From the NCBI GenBank assembly GCA_965202585.1, contig OZ241826.1, positions 93,992,001 to 94,056,000 on the forward strand: DNA of 64,000 nt, in the 5' to 3' direction. Under the pieces are notes generated by a model. It searched no databases. It had not been told where the DNA came from and worked only from the letters and a program-made list of their open reading frames with translations. Each line of letters starts with the position of its first letter. The first letter of the stretch is position 1. Below, piece by piece: positions 22,926-35,840 of this stretch. Made by a program: the position numbers and the translations under genes. Source of the stretch: Thalia democratica. Taxonomy: Eukaryota.

Positions 22926-24320
22926 ATGAAATTTAACCAAATAAATGTTGGTAAAGATTTTAAAAATAGTGTGCTTAAACTCATGAAGAGTAAAATAAAA
23001 CCCAAAAACGTAGCGACTTTTTATTTTTTTTCTAAATTCTACAACTTGAATGACCTTTCTAAATTGACTTTGAAATATATTGAACTTTGGTTCACAACAG
23101 TTGCCGAAACTAACAACTTCTTAGAGTTAGATTTTCCACTGATGAAACGAATTATTTTAAGCTCTAACTTACACATCACTTCAGAAATTGAAGTTTTCTC
23201 CTCGGCAAATGAATGGGTAAGTTACAGGCCTGATGAGAGAACAAAACATGCAAAAAGTGTTTTGTCATTAATTCGCCTCCCTCTACTGACGGAAACTGCT
23301 CTAGTACAAGTTTTAAACAAATCCACATCTTTTCATGAAGCTGATGAGTGTTTAACACTAATAAACGAGATACTTGAAAATATAGAAATGTACTATAAAC
23401 GCTCGCCAAGTTCATGTTTCACAGCGAGATGTTACAAGGAAAACAACTTTGATGTTTTGCACTGCGGAGACTATTTCTCATCGGTAGACACAGGTAGTTT
23501 CATGAACAAAATAGATGGTAGAAATTTGATTAGATGTAGAAAAGCTAGTTCGCTCACAAAAAACCGTTATTTTCCATATTCTTCCACACCAGTGGTATAT
23601 TTAAAAGGTCATGTTTATTTGTTAGGATGTTTATACGTTGAAGGTAGAGATTTAAAAAAAATTGAAAAATACTCAATTGCTACTGATTCTTTAGAAATTG
23701 TAGGAGATATGTTTGATAATCGTCGTCGTTATTCTGCTTGTGGCTTTATAGGTAAAGTTTATTTTATTGGAGGTGAGTTAGCAAATAAACATACAGCAAA
23801 TTGCATATTTTTTGATACAAATGACAACACATGGGGTAATGTAGCAAGCATGAAAGAAGCTAGATCAAGTGCAGCTTGCACAGTATTTGAAGAAAGAATT
23901 GTTGTTTCTGGTGGATATAACGGTGAGTTTTTAAACACTGTTGAGGCATATGACCACATAGCTGATGAATGGGCATACATGCCAAGCATGAAAGAAAGAG
24001 CATCGAGGCATAGTTTAATTGCTATTAAGAACAAATTGTTTGCGATAGGATCTGATAAGCAATTTCTTGAAATGTACGACTCTACATCCAACGCATTTGT
24101 ATTTATTAATCATTACCCAAGCTATACATCTGGCATGTATTCTCCATATTCTTGGCTCACTCACGCCATAGGTATTGGGAGAAAAGTTTTCATTTTTAAG
24201 TTCGAAGCATCTGAAGCTCTTTGTTACGATTCTGACGAAAATGAATGGTCGAGTGAATCTTGTTGCACACCAACAAACGGTAGCAACTTCTTTTTGACGA
24301 TTCCAAAACTGGAGGTATGA
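22926..24320 (+). CDS. Kelch-like protein (partial BTB, BACK domain, Kelch repeats), 464 aa
   Basis: BACK signature (FLELDF..ILSSNLHITSEIEVFSSANEWV..IRLPLL) and Kelch GG/W repeats (VYFIGG, NTWGNVASMKEARSSAACTVFEERIVVSGG, DEWAYMPSM). The first true ATG is at 22926; the ORF track starts on GTG. Acceptor TTTTCAG ends at 22887. Confidence 0.9.
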   Translation: MKFNQINVGKDFKNSVLKLMKSKIKPKNVATFYFFSKFYNLNDLSKLTLKYIELWFTTVAETNNFLELDFPLMKRIILSSNLHITSEIEVFSSANEWVSYRPDERTKHAKSVLSLIRLPLLTETALVQVLNKSTSFHEADECLTLINEILENIEMYYKRSPSSCFTARCYKENNFDVLHCGDYFSSVDTGSFMNKIDGRNLIRCRKASSLTKNRYFPYSSTPVVYLKGHVYLLGCLYVEGRDLKKIEKYSIATDSLEIVGDMFDNRRRYSACGFIGKVYFIGGELANKHTANCIFFDTNDNTWGNVASMKEARSSAACTVFEERIVVSGGYNGEFLNTVEAYDHIADEWAYMPSMKERASRHSLIAIKNKLFAIGSDKQFLEMYDSTSNAFVFINHYPSYTSGMYSPYSWLTHAIGIGRKVFIFKFEASEALCYDSDENEWSSESCCTPTNGSNFFLTIPKLEV

Positions 24321-25850
24321 AATTTTAATTTGCAAAATTAAAACGTCAACACCCGTTTAGACAATAACAAGTTTTGAATGAAACTTATAAATAGTAATCT
24401 GTTGTGAGCAATAGTATAAAAAAAGTTCTTTTCCTATTTGAAAAATCGATAAGTGTTAAAGTTTTTATATTAACAACTTTGAAAAGTTATCAAACTATCT
24501 CAGATATTTACAGTTTTTTGGTATGTTTAAAATAAAGATATTTATGTAAAGCTAATATACTGATTAAAACATCAATTTGAATTAGGTAAAAAGCGTCAAA
24601 AAAGATCATAATTTTATTGATTAAAAAAAATAAATAAATGAATGCTACTTTTTTAGTATTTTTATTAAGTGTTGCGCTAAAAAATTACTTTTTACTTAAA
24701 TTATTTATTTATTCTTATAATAAGTTTATTAAAATGATTATTTTTTTTGTACTTTACTATAATTTTTAGATTACTGACTTTATTCTTTAACACTATATTT
24801 CACTTTGTACCAGTGCAATTAAAAACCAACTTTATTTTTTGTATTTTTATTTAAACTAAGAATATAAATACTTAGAAAAATTTTTAATTAGTAGGTTATG
24901 ACTGAAATAAGCAAAAAGTAGCAAAAAACTTATCAGGTACCATTTGTAACTTAGTTAAAAAATAAACAAATTAATTTATTTTGGTTTTTAGACGAAGCTT
25001 TTTAACAGTTATTTTATATCGTTATCAAGATTAATAAAAAACTTCAAACCTAATAGTTAAGTTTTTAATTGCGTTTAAGGTAGTATGACGTGAACGAAAA
25101 ACACTAGTGTGCTAAAAAATAAGTAAAAGTATAGGGACGCTCTCAGTTTAAACCCACATAAAATTCTCTATAAATTCCGACTTGAATCAATTCACGTATA
25201 ACTAATTTCTACTTGACTAATTCCCACCCGAATCAACTACCCCCTCAAACAAATGCTATACGATCAATGCTCGCCCAATGTCCAAATATTTCCACTTGAT
25301 CAATTTTGCAAGTCACTTTTACACAGTAAAAGATTTGCACAGTGTCAGTTTCGTATAGGTAACACTTTTCAACGAATCATCTCTTTTTTTTTAACTAGAT
25401 TTTGCACAAAGCGTTGTGTTGCATGGACTCATCTTTCCGCATGTGCAATTTTTTAAGCCAGCTGTATTTACAACCATTAAAAAAAGTTTAAAGGTTGTAA
25501 GATTATCTATATACCAACATGTGAATCATGTGTAGTTTAATACATAAATACATCTTATAAACTCTTTTATATCAACAACATCAAAATTTAACAAATAAAA
25601 TACAAACAAATTCGCTAAAAAAAAAGAAATTTACGTCTTAGTTTAAAAAAAAATTTTATTGTATTTAGAATAGAGTTTGTTTAGTTTATTGAAAGTTAAA
25701 ACAATAAACAAATTGCACTTCCAAAAAAATAAAAATTAACGTCTAAGCTTACTGTTTTTTATTTTCGAAAAAACAACTTTATTGGAAATACATTGAAACT
25801 TGTTTAGTTTGTTAAAAAATAAACAACATAAACACATTTTCATTTTAAAT

Positions 25851-27759
25851 CATGGGTTCCCAACCAGGGGTACTCGCACCCCTTAGGGGTGCGAGGCAGC
25901 ATTCCAGGGGGTGCGAGATGGCTTTTAATTTTTGTATGATAAATAAGGAGATTTTCACTCTCTGATGAAGTTTATAAAGTTAAAAAGTACACTTTGTTAT
26001 AAAAAGAAGTTGGCTCTAATTTTCTAAATAAATTAATCATACTAATACGTCATAGAGCAAGAGCGCTTTTCTAGAAGTAAATTCATTTTACTAATTTCGT
26101 TTTATAGCTGTTAGTTTAGAATTAACACTCAGTAAAGCTTTCTTAGAGTTTACACCTGTGAATTTTAATCATCTATTCTTAAAATATTTTATTTTCTTAA
26201 CTGGCCATTAATTGTATAAAACAGTTTATGAGCTAGCATCTATTTTAATTGAAATACTTAGATAAAAATTAGTTTCTTTAGCAGGTTTTTTATTAGCTGT
26301 TGAGAACAGGTTCTGCTAAGTCTATTACATTTATAATGTAACCTTTTACTAAGCTTAATTGTGCAGAAAGTGGTGCTTAAAGATTTAACATCAGTAAACT
26401 CTAAAGTTTACAGCAATAACTGTATGTTATACTATTAAAGAAAACTTGTTTTTAGCTTTAGTGAAATCAATTTTTATAGATCAGCAAAAGTATTCAATGC
26501 ATCAACTTTATTTCTATTCATTCCTTTTTTGAACTTAAACCGTTTACCTTTTTCAATCTACTTTTTTTTCTATTTACGTTGTAGGCATACAAACATTTTT
26601 TGTATTTGCTTTTATACATATCTTTTGACAATTTAAGACTAAATATCTTTTAACTTTTTAAAATCTAAACTCTAACCTTTATTATTTTGAAACCTCCTAG
26701 CTGCTAAAAGTTTTGAAAATAAAACATAATTTAGAACAGCTGAGTTTTATTTTCCAAGTACTTTTATTCAAAAAAAAATTATAAAAAAAATAATTTTAAG
26801 TTTAAGCCTAATTTTTGTGACTTTTCTTGTGCTGTTTCCTCATTTCTATTATTTTTTCAAATCTTAGAAAACTAAATGACGAAGTCATAGGCTATAGCAT
26901 TGTTTTTGTATAAATAGTTTTTAAAAAATGTCATAGTAATTGAATTTTTTATTTTTGTTAGAATACACTTTATTTAATTAGTACTCAAACATGTCAAATA
27001 TAAGGAAGTGGAGTTATAGTTATATTCAGTTTGGTTTTACTTCCACTGAAACAGTTGAAGACCTGCAAAAACTGCAATGCATGTTATGTATTATTGTATT
27101 TTCAAACTTAAATTTTAAGCCATCTAAGTAGCAAGAACATTTTAACAAACGACAAGGTGGAGCAGATATTTTAGGTCATGATTTTGAGTCATTAAAATCT
27201 AGAATGACCCGCTATGAATCACAAGAAACACTTCCAAAGTTCGGTTTTGTATCTGCTGGCAAACCCTCTTTTATTTGCTTCTTACCATGTGGCGTATAAC
27301 GTAGCTAAATTCAAAAAACCTCATACAATTGCTGATGAGTTAATAAAGCCATGTGTGTTACAAATGACAGAAAATGTTCTTGGAAAAGAAGTTTCAAAAT
27401 AGCTTGAGTTAGTGCCGCTATCTAATAATATTATTCAAAGTCAATAAATATATTTAAGATCGGATGTTTTGGATCAAGTCATTGCTGAAATCAAAGCTAG
27501 TTCTTTAAAAATCTCTCTCCAGTAAATAGATAAACTTGTTCGAATATAGTTTTTTTTTTTAGTTTTCCAAGTATTTTGTTTTTGGTAATATAGTACAATA
27601 ACATAAAAATAAAAACACAAACTGTTAATTAATGATACCAATAATTTTATAATCAAACTATTAATAAATAATTAAAGCAAATAGTGTTAGGGGTGCGAGA
27701 TCGAATTAAGAGACTTTAGGGCCAGGGGTGCGGGGCATCAAAAAGGTTGGAAACCACTG
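25851..27759 (+). mobile_element. Internally deleted hAT (Buster/Charlie-like) DNA transposon
   Basis: TIRs CATGGGTTCCCAACC ... GGTTGGAAACCACTG, perfect 8-bp TSD TTTTAAAT (25843-25850 and 27760-27767), and subterminal GGGGTGCG repeats. Confidence 0.95.
26991..27525 (+). pseudogene. N-terminal remnant of a Buster/ZBED8-like hAT transposase
   Basis: MSNIRKWSYSYIQFGFT..QCMLC..FKPSK*QEH then, after a frameshift, ASYHVAYNVAKFKKPHTIADELIKPC..LVPLSNN..ISLQ; stops, frameshift and truncation. Confidence 0.9.
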
Positions 27760-28494
27760 TTTTAAATGATAAAATAGCTTTTCGTTTTGTCAAATTTCGC
27801 AGCTAAGTATTTCTTAGAATACAAAAAAACAATAATACTTCAAAATTACTTTTCTCAAAACAAAAATATAATACTAATAGTTTATTGGTTTTGTTTGTAT
27901 TCTTTAGTAATTAAACCACCAGTGCAACCATGAGGAAATCAACTAAGCTGGCTAATCGTTTGATTTTGTTGGATGAACTTTCTGATATTTCTTCTGTACC
28001 GTCAACATCGACACCTTGATATTTCGACAATGCAAATTGCTAATTAGGTACAAGGTTGCAATTTTCTTTAAAAAAAACATTAAAGTTTAAAAGAATTAAA
28101 CTAGGTTCATCATTAAACTTTTAAAGAATATTTAGTAAAAAAAACAATATAAAGTTTTTATAAAAAGTATTATTTTTGTTATACTCAAACCTTAAGCCAA
28201 AATAGTTATATAAAGAAAGATAGGGTAAAAAACTATTGTATAAATTAAGATTCGATATGGGATATTACCAGTTTTTTAAATATTAAATTGTCTAAATATT
28301 ATAAAAATAAGTTAATAAAACAATATTTTTTAGCTTGCAAATTTAGATAAGTACACTTAAATAGTTAGAGATATTTTATAGTCTATAAAATATATTTTTT
28401 ATCTAAGTTAATTGTAGCAGAGTACACATTAATTTTCAAGTAAGTTGTAAATTTAACATCTTTTAAATAACTTATTATTGTAAATTGTAAAAAA

Positions 28495-28620
28495 ATTAAA
28501 CATGCTATCAAATATAGTGTGATAGTTGTATTGATATAGTCTAATGTGATTTGATAATTGTATTGTTGCGGTCTAATGTGGTTTAATGGTTGTATTGTTA
28601 GAGTGTACTGTGATATCATA
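28495..28620 (-). repeat. Degenerate fragment of the 32-bp foldback array
   Basis: GTGTGATAGTTGTATTG..TTGTATTGTTGCGGTCTAATGTG..TACTGTGAT matches the unit at 8741-8946. Confidence 0.7.
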
Positions 28621-31612
28621 GATGGGATTAAATATCAATAGATTGAAATTTAAACTAGTCAGATCACATAGAAACTATAAAATTAGGAATCTAATTAGAT
28701 TTATTATCCTAGACTAGACTAAAAATAAATTTAATTATAAAATGAGTTTTTTAAACTAAAAGATATTTATCCAGTTTATATAAAAAATCATTATATTTAA
28801 TCATAAAATGTATGTCTACGAGCAATTTTAGGTACATTTTGTTGTGCTGAGAAGATCAATTAGAAAATTATAAAATATATTAATGTTTTTATAAACAGAA
28901 CACTTGGATACATACATTAAAATGAATAGAATAAAACTGTTAGGCAACAAAAAAATAAAAAATTAAATTAAGATGGTCGGTAACTGTATGATTTGAGTCT
29001 TTATGATTAAATTTAACAATAACTTTTTACTAGCTTGCTTTAATGACTGCTTTAAAGTGTACACAAGTATTGTACGAGGTCTTCGAAAAGAATAAAAACA
29101 ATTTAACCTAGATTTCATAACAAAGTAATAACATAATCAATATGTAAACTTATTTAAAACTTTTAAATCTTTTAAATCTATTTTAAATACTGCAAGTCTT
29201 AGTTTTGTATATACATAAAGCAATCAAATAGCACGGGCTCTTTAATCTATCAAAATAATAAATAAAAAAGGTGCAAAAATATTAAATGCCTAGTTTAATA
29301 AACTAAATTTATTTGTCAAAGGGCGAGATCTAATAAAGAGGTGTGATTATGTAGTTGAGCTTAAAAACTATGATCTACAGTATAATGTAAAACAATTGTT
29401 TTTGACACAACAACATTTCTAGTGTCTTCTATATATATATAACTGTACTATGAGTCTGTAGTTTAAAAATATAAATTATTAAAAAGTATTTCGCAATGTA
29501 ATACATACTAAAGCATGTAAATATTAAGTGTTTTTTAAGCCTCATTTATTATTGAAAAGAAGTTTTTATTGTTAGAATTAAAAACAGTCTTTTTGTTTGC
29601 TTGCTGTTTTTCAATTAAATTTTATAATTAAACCTTATGTCAAATAAGTAATAGTAAAAATTTCAACAGAATGTTTCTGTTTTTTCATGACAGAAAAATT
29701 CAGTTAATTATTAAAACTGACGTTTTCAGAATTCTTGAGTTCAGGATGAAATTTATTGCAGCTCTCTATGACTACATCATCTTAATCAGCATCGTAAATC
29801 AGTTATAGAGATCCATCTTCAGTGTTGGTATTTTTCTAAGAAAACCCAATGTTTGCTTTTATTTGAATTTTGTCTTTTTCTTATTTAAAAGTCACAGTAT
29901 ATCTAAAAAAAGTTATAACTGTTCTTTAAAACAGTATTTAAGAAAACAAAAAAAATAATGTTATAGAAAACCAAACATTTGTTTGTATTTATTGACATCA
30001 TACAATATCATATATACAATACAAAAGTTATTGTAAAGTCCATTTAGTAAGGAGTAATCCAAGTACAGCTGTTGAGAAATTTCACAGCTGCTTTATAGAA
30101 CTTTTTACAGTTACAGCTTTTACGTATTTTTCACCCCTTTCAGATTATAGATTCATGCCTGCTGCGTTAAAAGATCTTTAATTTTATATAAAAAAAAAGA
30201 ATCAAACAAAAAACACAGAGAAGTTTAATGTCTTTTAAATTATAAAACAGTTTATAACTACTCAAAAAGATAATATGAAATTCTAGTAAATGTTTATGAA
30301 TTTTAAGTACTGTTTTAATAAATAACATAACTTAGTAATTTTTATCTATAAATTAGTAGATTAGTGTGGTGCAGGCAGAAAACTTTTTCAAACTGAAATA
30401 AACTAAAAAGCCAACTGTTTACCATAAGATTTTAAAGCTTCTTAAGTTGAAAGTTTTTCACAAAATTCAACTTTTAAAACAATAATTTCTACTATCAACT
30501 TATTGTTAGCTATCGTTAGCTAGCAATTTTTTCCTGTTTGTACCCTATGACCAAATTTGTTCTAAAGCCACAAGTTAATAAATAGAAGTTTAAGTTTTAA
30601 AATCTGGTAAGTGTTGAAATTTGCAATATATTACAATTTTTTTTACGAAACAATTCACAATAAGTAAACTACGAAGGTTGGTTGAACAACTAATAACTTA
30701 TTTAAAACCACAAACAAAATAAAAGCAATAAAACATTAAAAAGCCTTTTACTTCCATAGAGTATTTCATAGCTAAATTAAGTTCAAGTCATAATATGATT
30801 TTGTGAGCACGAGGGGACACTTTTGCACGGTGACTCTTTTGTACGAAGGGTCACTTTTGCACGCAAGGTCATTTTTTGCACGGCGTCACTTTTGTACGGC
30901 GATATTTTTACACGTCAAAACTTTTGCACGACGTTACGTTTGCATGGCGACATTTTTTGAAAGCATCACTTTTGCACGGCGTTATATTTTCACAGATATA
31001 CTTATGAACTGCGAAAATTTTATACAATCAGTCAATTTTGAACGGAACTTCACTTTTGCACGCTTTTAAGTTTAATTTTTTCAAATAAAAACTTAAATAA
31101 ATTATTTTTTTTGTCAACTTAAATAATATTTGCTTTGAAACGCAAGTTGTTTTGAGTGAATAAATTGTGGTAGTTTTTTAATGAAGTTTTAATTTAAAGT
31201 TTTTATGAATTTATTCTTGCAAAAATTTATTTTACAAACCAAGTTTCGGTCAAAGACGTCGTCAGTGATTAAATAAAATTCTTAATTTTTTTCTTCTTTG
31301 AAGTTATACACGTACCACAATTCATTAATTTATATTTATAATCTTAATTCAAATAAACTAGATGATTAACTAAAATAAACTAAAATTTATAACTCTAAAT
31401 AAAAACAATTTTGAATTCTCTGAATAAATATTGTCTAAATATCGTTAATTTCTAAACAGAAAGATATACCTAGTTTAGTAAGGCTCTAAAATACAAATCG
31501 TGAATATTATTTTTTACTTACATTATATTGATGTTAAAATTAGCATTATATAGTTGTTAAAAAATATTTTAAATTTATTTTAATTTTAAACAATTTTTAA
31601 TTAAAAAAAAAT

Positions 31613-34394
31613 TGTTATCCTGTTACACAGAAATGTTATTAAGGGGTAGGAATTAGTAATGTAGATTAGTACAACAATCACAACAACACTTATATTTTAT
31701 TTACAATAACTAAACAACACAAAGATACAATTACATCACTCTATTCTAGAACTACATTTAAACACAAATTAATACAATTGTAATAAGTATCTTATAATTT
31801 AATCAAGAAAAAAACTTAAATTTAAAATGTTTGAAATGCATCTTAACTTAAAGCACACCAATAACCGCCGAATGCTCTGTCGAAACTGCTTATATATGCA
31901 TTAAAAAACGCATAAGTTCTCTCAAATAAATAATTTTATTTTCGGAAAGCTTATCAAAATGCATGATTTTTACAAAATATTCCCACGCCCTAAAATCATA
32001 AAACATTTATTACTTATGATTCCCGTTTTAAATCGAGTATTTTTAAGAGTTCCCACACAATCGGTATTTTTCCCTTTGCAAATTATCATTTTAATGATCT
32101 TTGTCTACTTTTAAAATAAAAACTCAAAACCTAGTTGGTTCTTCCCCTACAACACATTAGTTAAACGACGACCAAGGCGTGGCTTAAAAAGATATTAGAC
32201 GAGAAATTTTTCGTCGCAGCGTTTAAGTGGATTTTAATAAATACAGACCTTGTTCTTTTCCCACCTAGTTAAACAAAAAAAAAAATCCATGCCGCGGTTT
32301 TTTTTTTAATAATTAGTACTCTTCCGAAAAATTGTATTACTTGTTATCTCAAAAATTACATAATTTAGAAAAATCAAGATTAAACACAACATAAGGACAA
32401 AGTGACAATGATAGTCATTTAGTTGTCTTCCGGCATCTTGTCTTCAGGCTTTTGTCCTCAGGCTCCTTTTCCTCAGGCTTCTTGTCCTCGGGTTTCTTGT
32501 CCTCGGGTTTTTGTCCTGGAGCTTCTTTTTCTCTGGTGGTTAATAAAGGCTTTGAAGCATCAATTGGATCATTGACAACGTCTTGTTCTTTTAGGAATTT
32601 TTTTGACTTTCTGTCTTCTAGCTGGTTTGTAGAATCAGCAAAACACCACATCGATTGGCTTTGGAAATAATGGCAGCAGGAATTTTTGATTGTGACGTAA
32701 TAGAATAAACACAAAATATTCATTCTTTCTTTTGTCTATTGTCGTACTTATAAACAAAAAAACTTTCAAAGTTTTATGAAGTAGTAAGGTGTTAGGTGTG
32801 CTTAAAAGCTATGCTTAAACGACAAAAAATTATTTGCTTCAAACTACGTTCAAAAAGATACAAACTGAACAATTTATTTAACAAGCGACGACTGCTAAAT
32901 TTAAGGGGAGTTTATTTTTGATTTCTTTCAAACGGAAAATTTTAACACAATTGTATACTTTAACTTGAAACGAGTAATAAAATGTGGCAAACAACTTGCC
33001 ATTTTACGACTAAGAAAGCTAAAAACTCATTCAAACATATTTTTAAACGTCAGCAACATTCTTATTTAAAACAAATACAATCTATACTTTAGAGCAATCA
33101 ATCAGAAGATCAAAACAATAAACTAGTAGTAGTAAAAAAATAGAAAAATTTGCTTTATCAGCTAAAACTCAGACGTTATTGAGAACAACTATTCTACTGT
33201 TATAATTCTAAATTTTAATGCGATTCTTACTTAAGTTTCTATGCTTAGAAAAATATTAATATTTCGCTCTCTTGGCAACTTATAAAATGTAATTTTGCAC
33301 TTAAATACTGCGTCTCCTGACGACTTATGTAAATTGCAACATCTTCAAAAGAACATTGTGCACTTGAGTAAAAAGACTGTGCTTTTCATAATCGAAATAC
33401 GGCGCCCCATGCGACTTATGTTAGTTGCAACATATATTATTCACTTAACTAAAAAAATTAAACTTTTTAGGATCGAAATACTTCGCCCTTATGCGACTTA
33501 TAACAGTTGCAATATAAATTGTGAACTTAGAAGAAGAAATATTGTGCTCGTTAGCAAATAAACTGTGCACCTAAGCACTAAAAAAGCATATATAAAAGTA
33601 TAAATTAAAATAACCGCAAAAATCATATACTATTTTTAGCGAAACATCCCTGACATCAAGCTTCTCTTTTAATTAAACTCAATAAACCACAATTACATAT
33701 TTGTATTATAATAGTAGACTTGTTGTTTCAGAGTACAACGTTTTTCACACAATTTTTCTTACCATAGTCATAGTAAAATGTCGCAAAGTAAAGTATTATC
33801 GCAAATTATACTGTCAAAGTTTTAAACTCATTAAAAAATTGTTTAGTTATAAACTAAAAGTTTTTTTTCCGCTGCGTTTTTTAAATGATAAGGCACCTGA
33901 TTCCTTATAGAAGATTCCTGAAACTCAGGCCACACATGGTCTCCAATTATCCCGTTACACAGATATGTTATTAAGGGGTAGGGATTAGTAAAGTAGATTA
34001 GTACAACAATCAAAACAACACTTATATTTTATTTACAATAACTAAACAACACAAAGATACAATTACATCACTCTATTCTAGAACTACATTTAAACACAAA
34101 TTAATACAATTGTAATAAGTATCATATAACTTAATCAAGAAAGAATCTTAAATTTAAAATGTTTGAAATGCATCTTAACTTAAAGCACACCAATAACCGC
34201 CGAATGCTCTGTCGAAACTGCTTATATATGCATTAAAAAACGCATAAGTTCTCTCAAATAAATAATTTTATTGTCGGAAAGCTTATCAAAATGCATTATT
34301 TTTACAAAATATTCCCACGCCCTAAAATCATAAAACATTTATTACTTATGATTCCCGTTTGAAATAGAGTATTTTTAAGAGTTCCCACACCACA
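31613..34394 (-). mobile_element. Non-autonomous LTR retroelement (about 2.8 kb) with two LTRs of about 445 bp
   Basis: Direct repeats at 31613-32059 and 33947-34394, about 97% identical by eye. On the minus strand: TATA (GCATATATAAGC), AATAAA, a PPT-like AAAGGGAAAAA (32067-32077) before the 3' LTR, and TGG-starting TGGAGACCATGTGTGGCC (33928-33945) right after the 5' LTR. ATTGTTA is repeated at both outer junctions. No gag/pol ORF. Confidence 0.85.
32415..32723 (-). CDS. Small accessory ORF with KPEDK pentapeptide repeats inside the non-autonomous LTR element (probable 1-nt deletion near the 3' end)
   Basis: 15-nt repeat. Restoring one A near 32447 keeps the repeat in frame: ..EPEDKKPEDKMPEDN*. 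The position just before the PPT mirrors the 84-aa ORF of element 1. Confidence 0.5.
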   Translation of the reverse strand: MNILCLFYYVTIKNSCCHYFQSQSMWCFADSTNQLEDRKSKKFLKEQDVVNDPIDASKPLLTTREKEAPGQKPEDKKPEDKKPEEKEPEDKSLKTRCRKTTK

Positions 34395-35840
34395 TTGTTA
34401 ATTTATAAAGTGAAAAGTAATTGAGATTTTACTTGGAGTATATTTTTCAGTTTATTTTATAATTTAGCGTGAGAATAAAAAAAATAAAATAGCGCGTTTT
34501 TTATGATTTGAACTTGGATTATTTCATTACTATAAAGTTGCATAATAATGATAAACTAATGAAAGAGAGTAACATTTGGAAGTTTAAACTTATATTCAAA
34601 GATAATAAACTATATTAATCTTTAACCGCTGCAACACTTCATTAATGAGGCTTGGCAGATTTTTTTTTACAGTCAGTTGAAATATGGAACAAACTTACAA
34701 ATAAATTAGTTTCTTGCAAAATTTTTAGAGAAATTCGATTAAAGTTAAAAAGTTTAATGAGAATTATATTTATGTTAGTAAAATTAATAAGTAATTTTAT
34801 CAACCGTTGATTTAGTTTTAATATTTAGCTTAGTTTATAGTTCAATTTTATTAGCAGCACCTTTACTCTATAAATAATGAGTCCTTTTTTATTAAATTTA
34901 ACGATTATTCATCTGGCCAGTCTATAGTTAATGTCCTTGAAGCGTTAAGTTTTTATTTTTGTTATTAGTCAATGCATTTAAATATTCAACGCTGATCGTT
35001 CTACATTGCACGATCTACAATACTAACAATTTATATCAAAGCGTTAATAAGTATAAGTTTGTGGTTAAAATTTTGTTTTTCATGTTAACCTATGAATTAT
35101 ATATCAAATTATGTTTTTATCTTTGTTTTAACAAATAAACTATTTCTGTTAATTTTTTTTTTCTTTATGTGTCTTTCAGTTTAAGTGGTCTAAGTTTTGA
35201 TGCAAAGTTGTTAATTAATATATTAAAGTTCAAAATAAACTAGAACAATTTACTTACACTTAAAGTATTTTTTTGTCCTAGTTTCTTAATAAATTAAATT
35301 TTTTGTACCTGGTATAAATCTTTTATAAATAATTTTGTTTTATCTTTCCTTAGTTTGCTTCTAACATTAACTTTTACTGTTTAAGAATTTAAATATTTCA
35401 TTTTTAGACTTTAATATAAGTATGTTATAAATTTTTAGTTTTCAGTTTCTTTTAAGTAAAAAATTGAATACTAGCCGAAAAACTTTTTACCAAAATGTAA
35501 AATTGATGTTCCATGCGAAAAAGTCATCGTGCCAAAATGTCGCTACGCAAAAACTTCATCGTAAAAGTCTGACGTTGTGCAAAAACATCGTTGTGCAACA
35601 ATACTACCGTAAATAAATGTCGCCATGCAAAAGTACCACCTCGTGCAAAAGTGTCCCCTTGTGCTAAAGTGACGCTCGTGCAAAAGTGTCCCCTCGTCGA
35701 AAAATGACGCTCGTGCAAAATTGACATCCACCCGATTGTGCAAACTGGTGCATAATTTTTTACAGATCAAATGTTTTACACTTTAATACATGAATAAGAT
35801 TTATAAACTTAGCGTTTCCACAATCTAGATCCCTTAGGTA

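Larger units (their letters stand above)
30800..35730. mobile_element. Large MITE/foldback with inverted CACTTTTGCACG arrays, host to the nested LTR element
   Basis: The array at 30805-31070 is inverted relative to the array at 35510-35730, which ends GACATCCACCC. The outer left terminus is not seen. Confidence 0.6.

Noticed and set aside
23176-24335. Three minus-strand ORFs
   Set aside because: Antisense shadows of the Kelch CDS.
30803-31069. 88-aa ORF; likewise the ORFs at 35524-35770, 44056-44247, 48113-48725 and 21055-21243
   Set aside because: Translations of TTTGCACG MITE arrays.
32452-32670. 72-aa plus ORF (SSGF repeats)
   Set aside because: Antisense of the KPEDK repeat; the LTR element is oriented on the minus strand.
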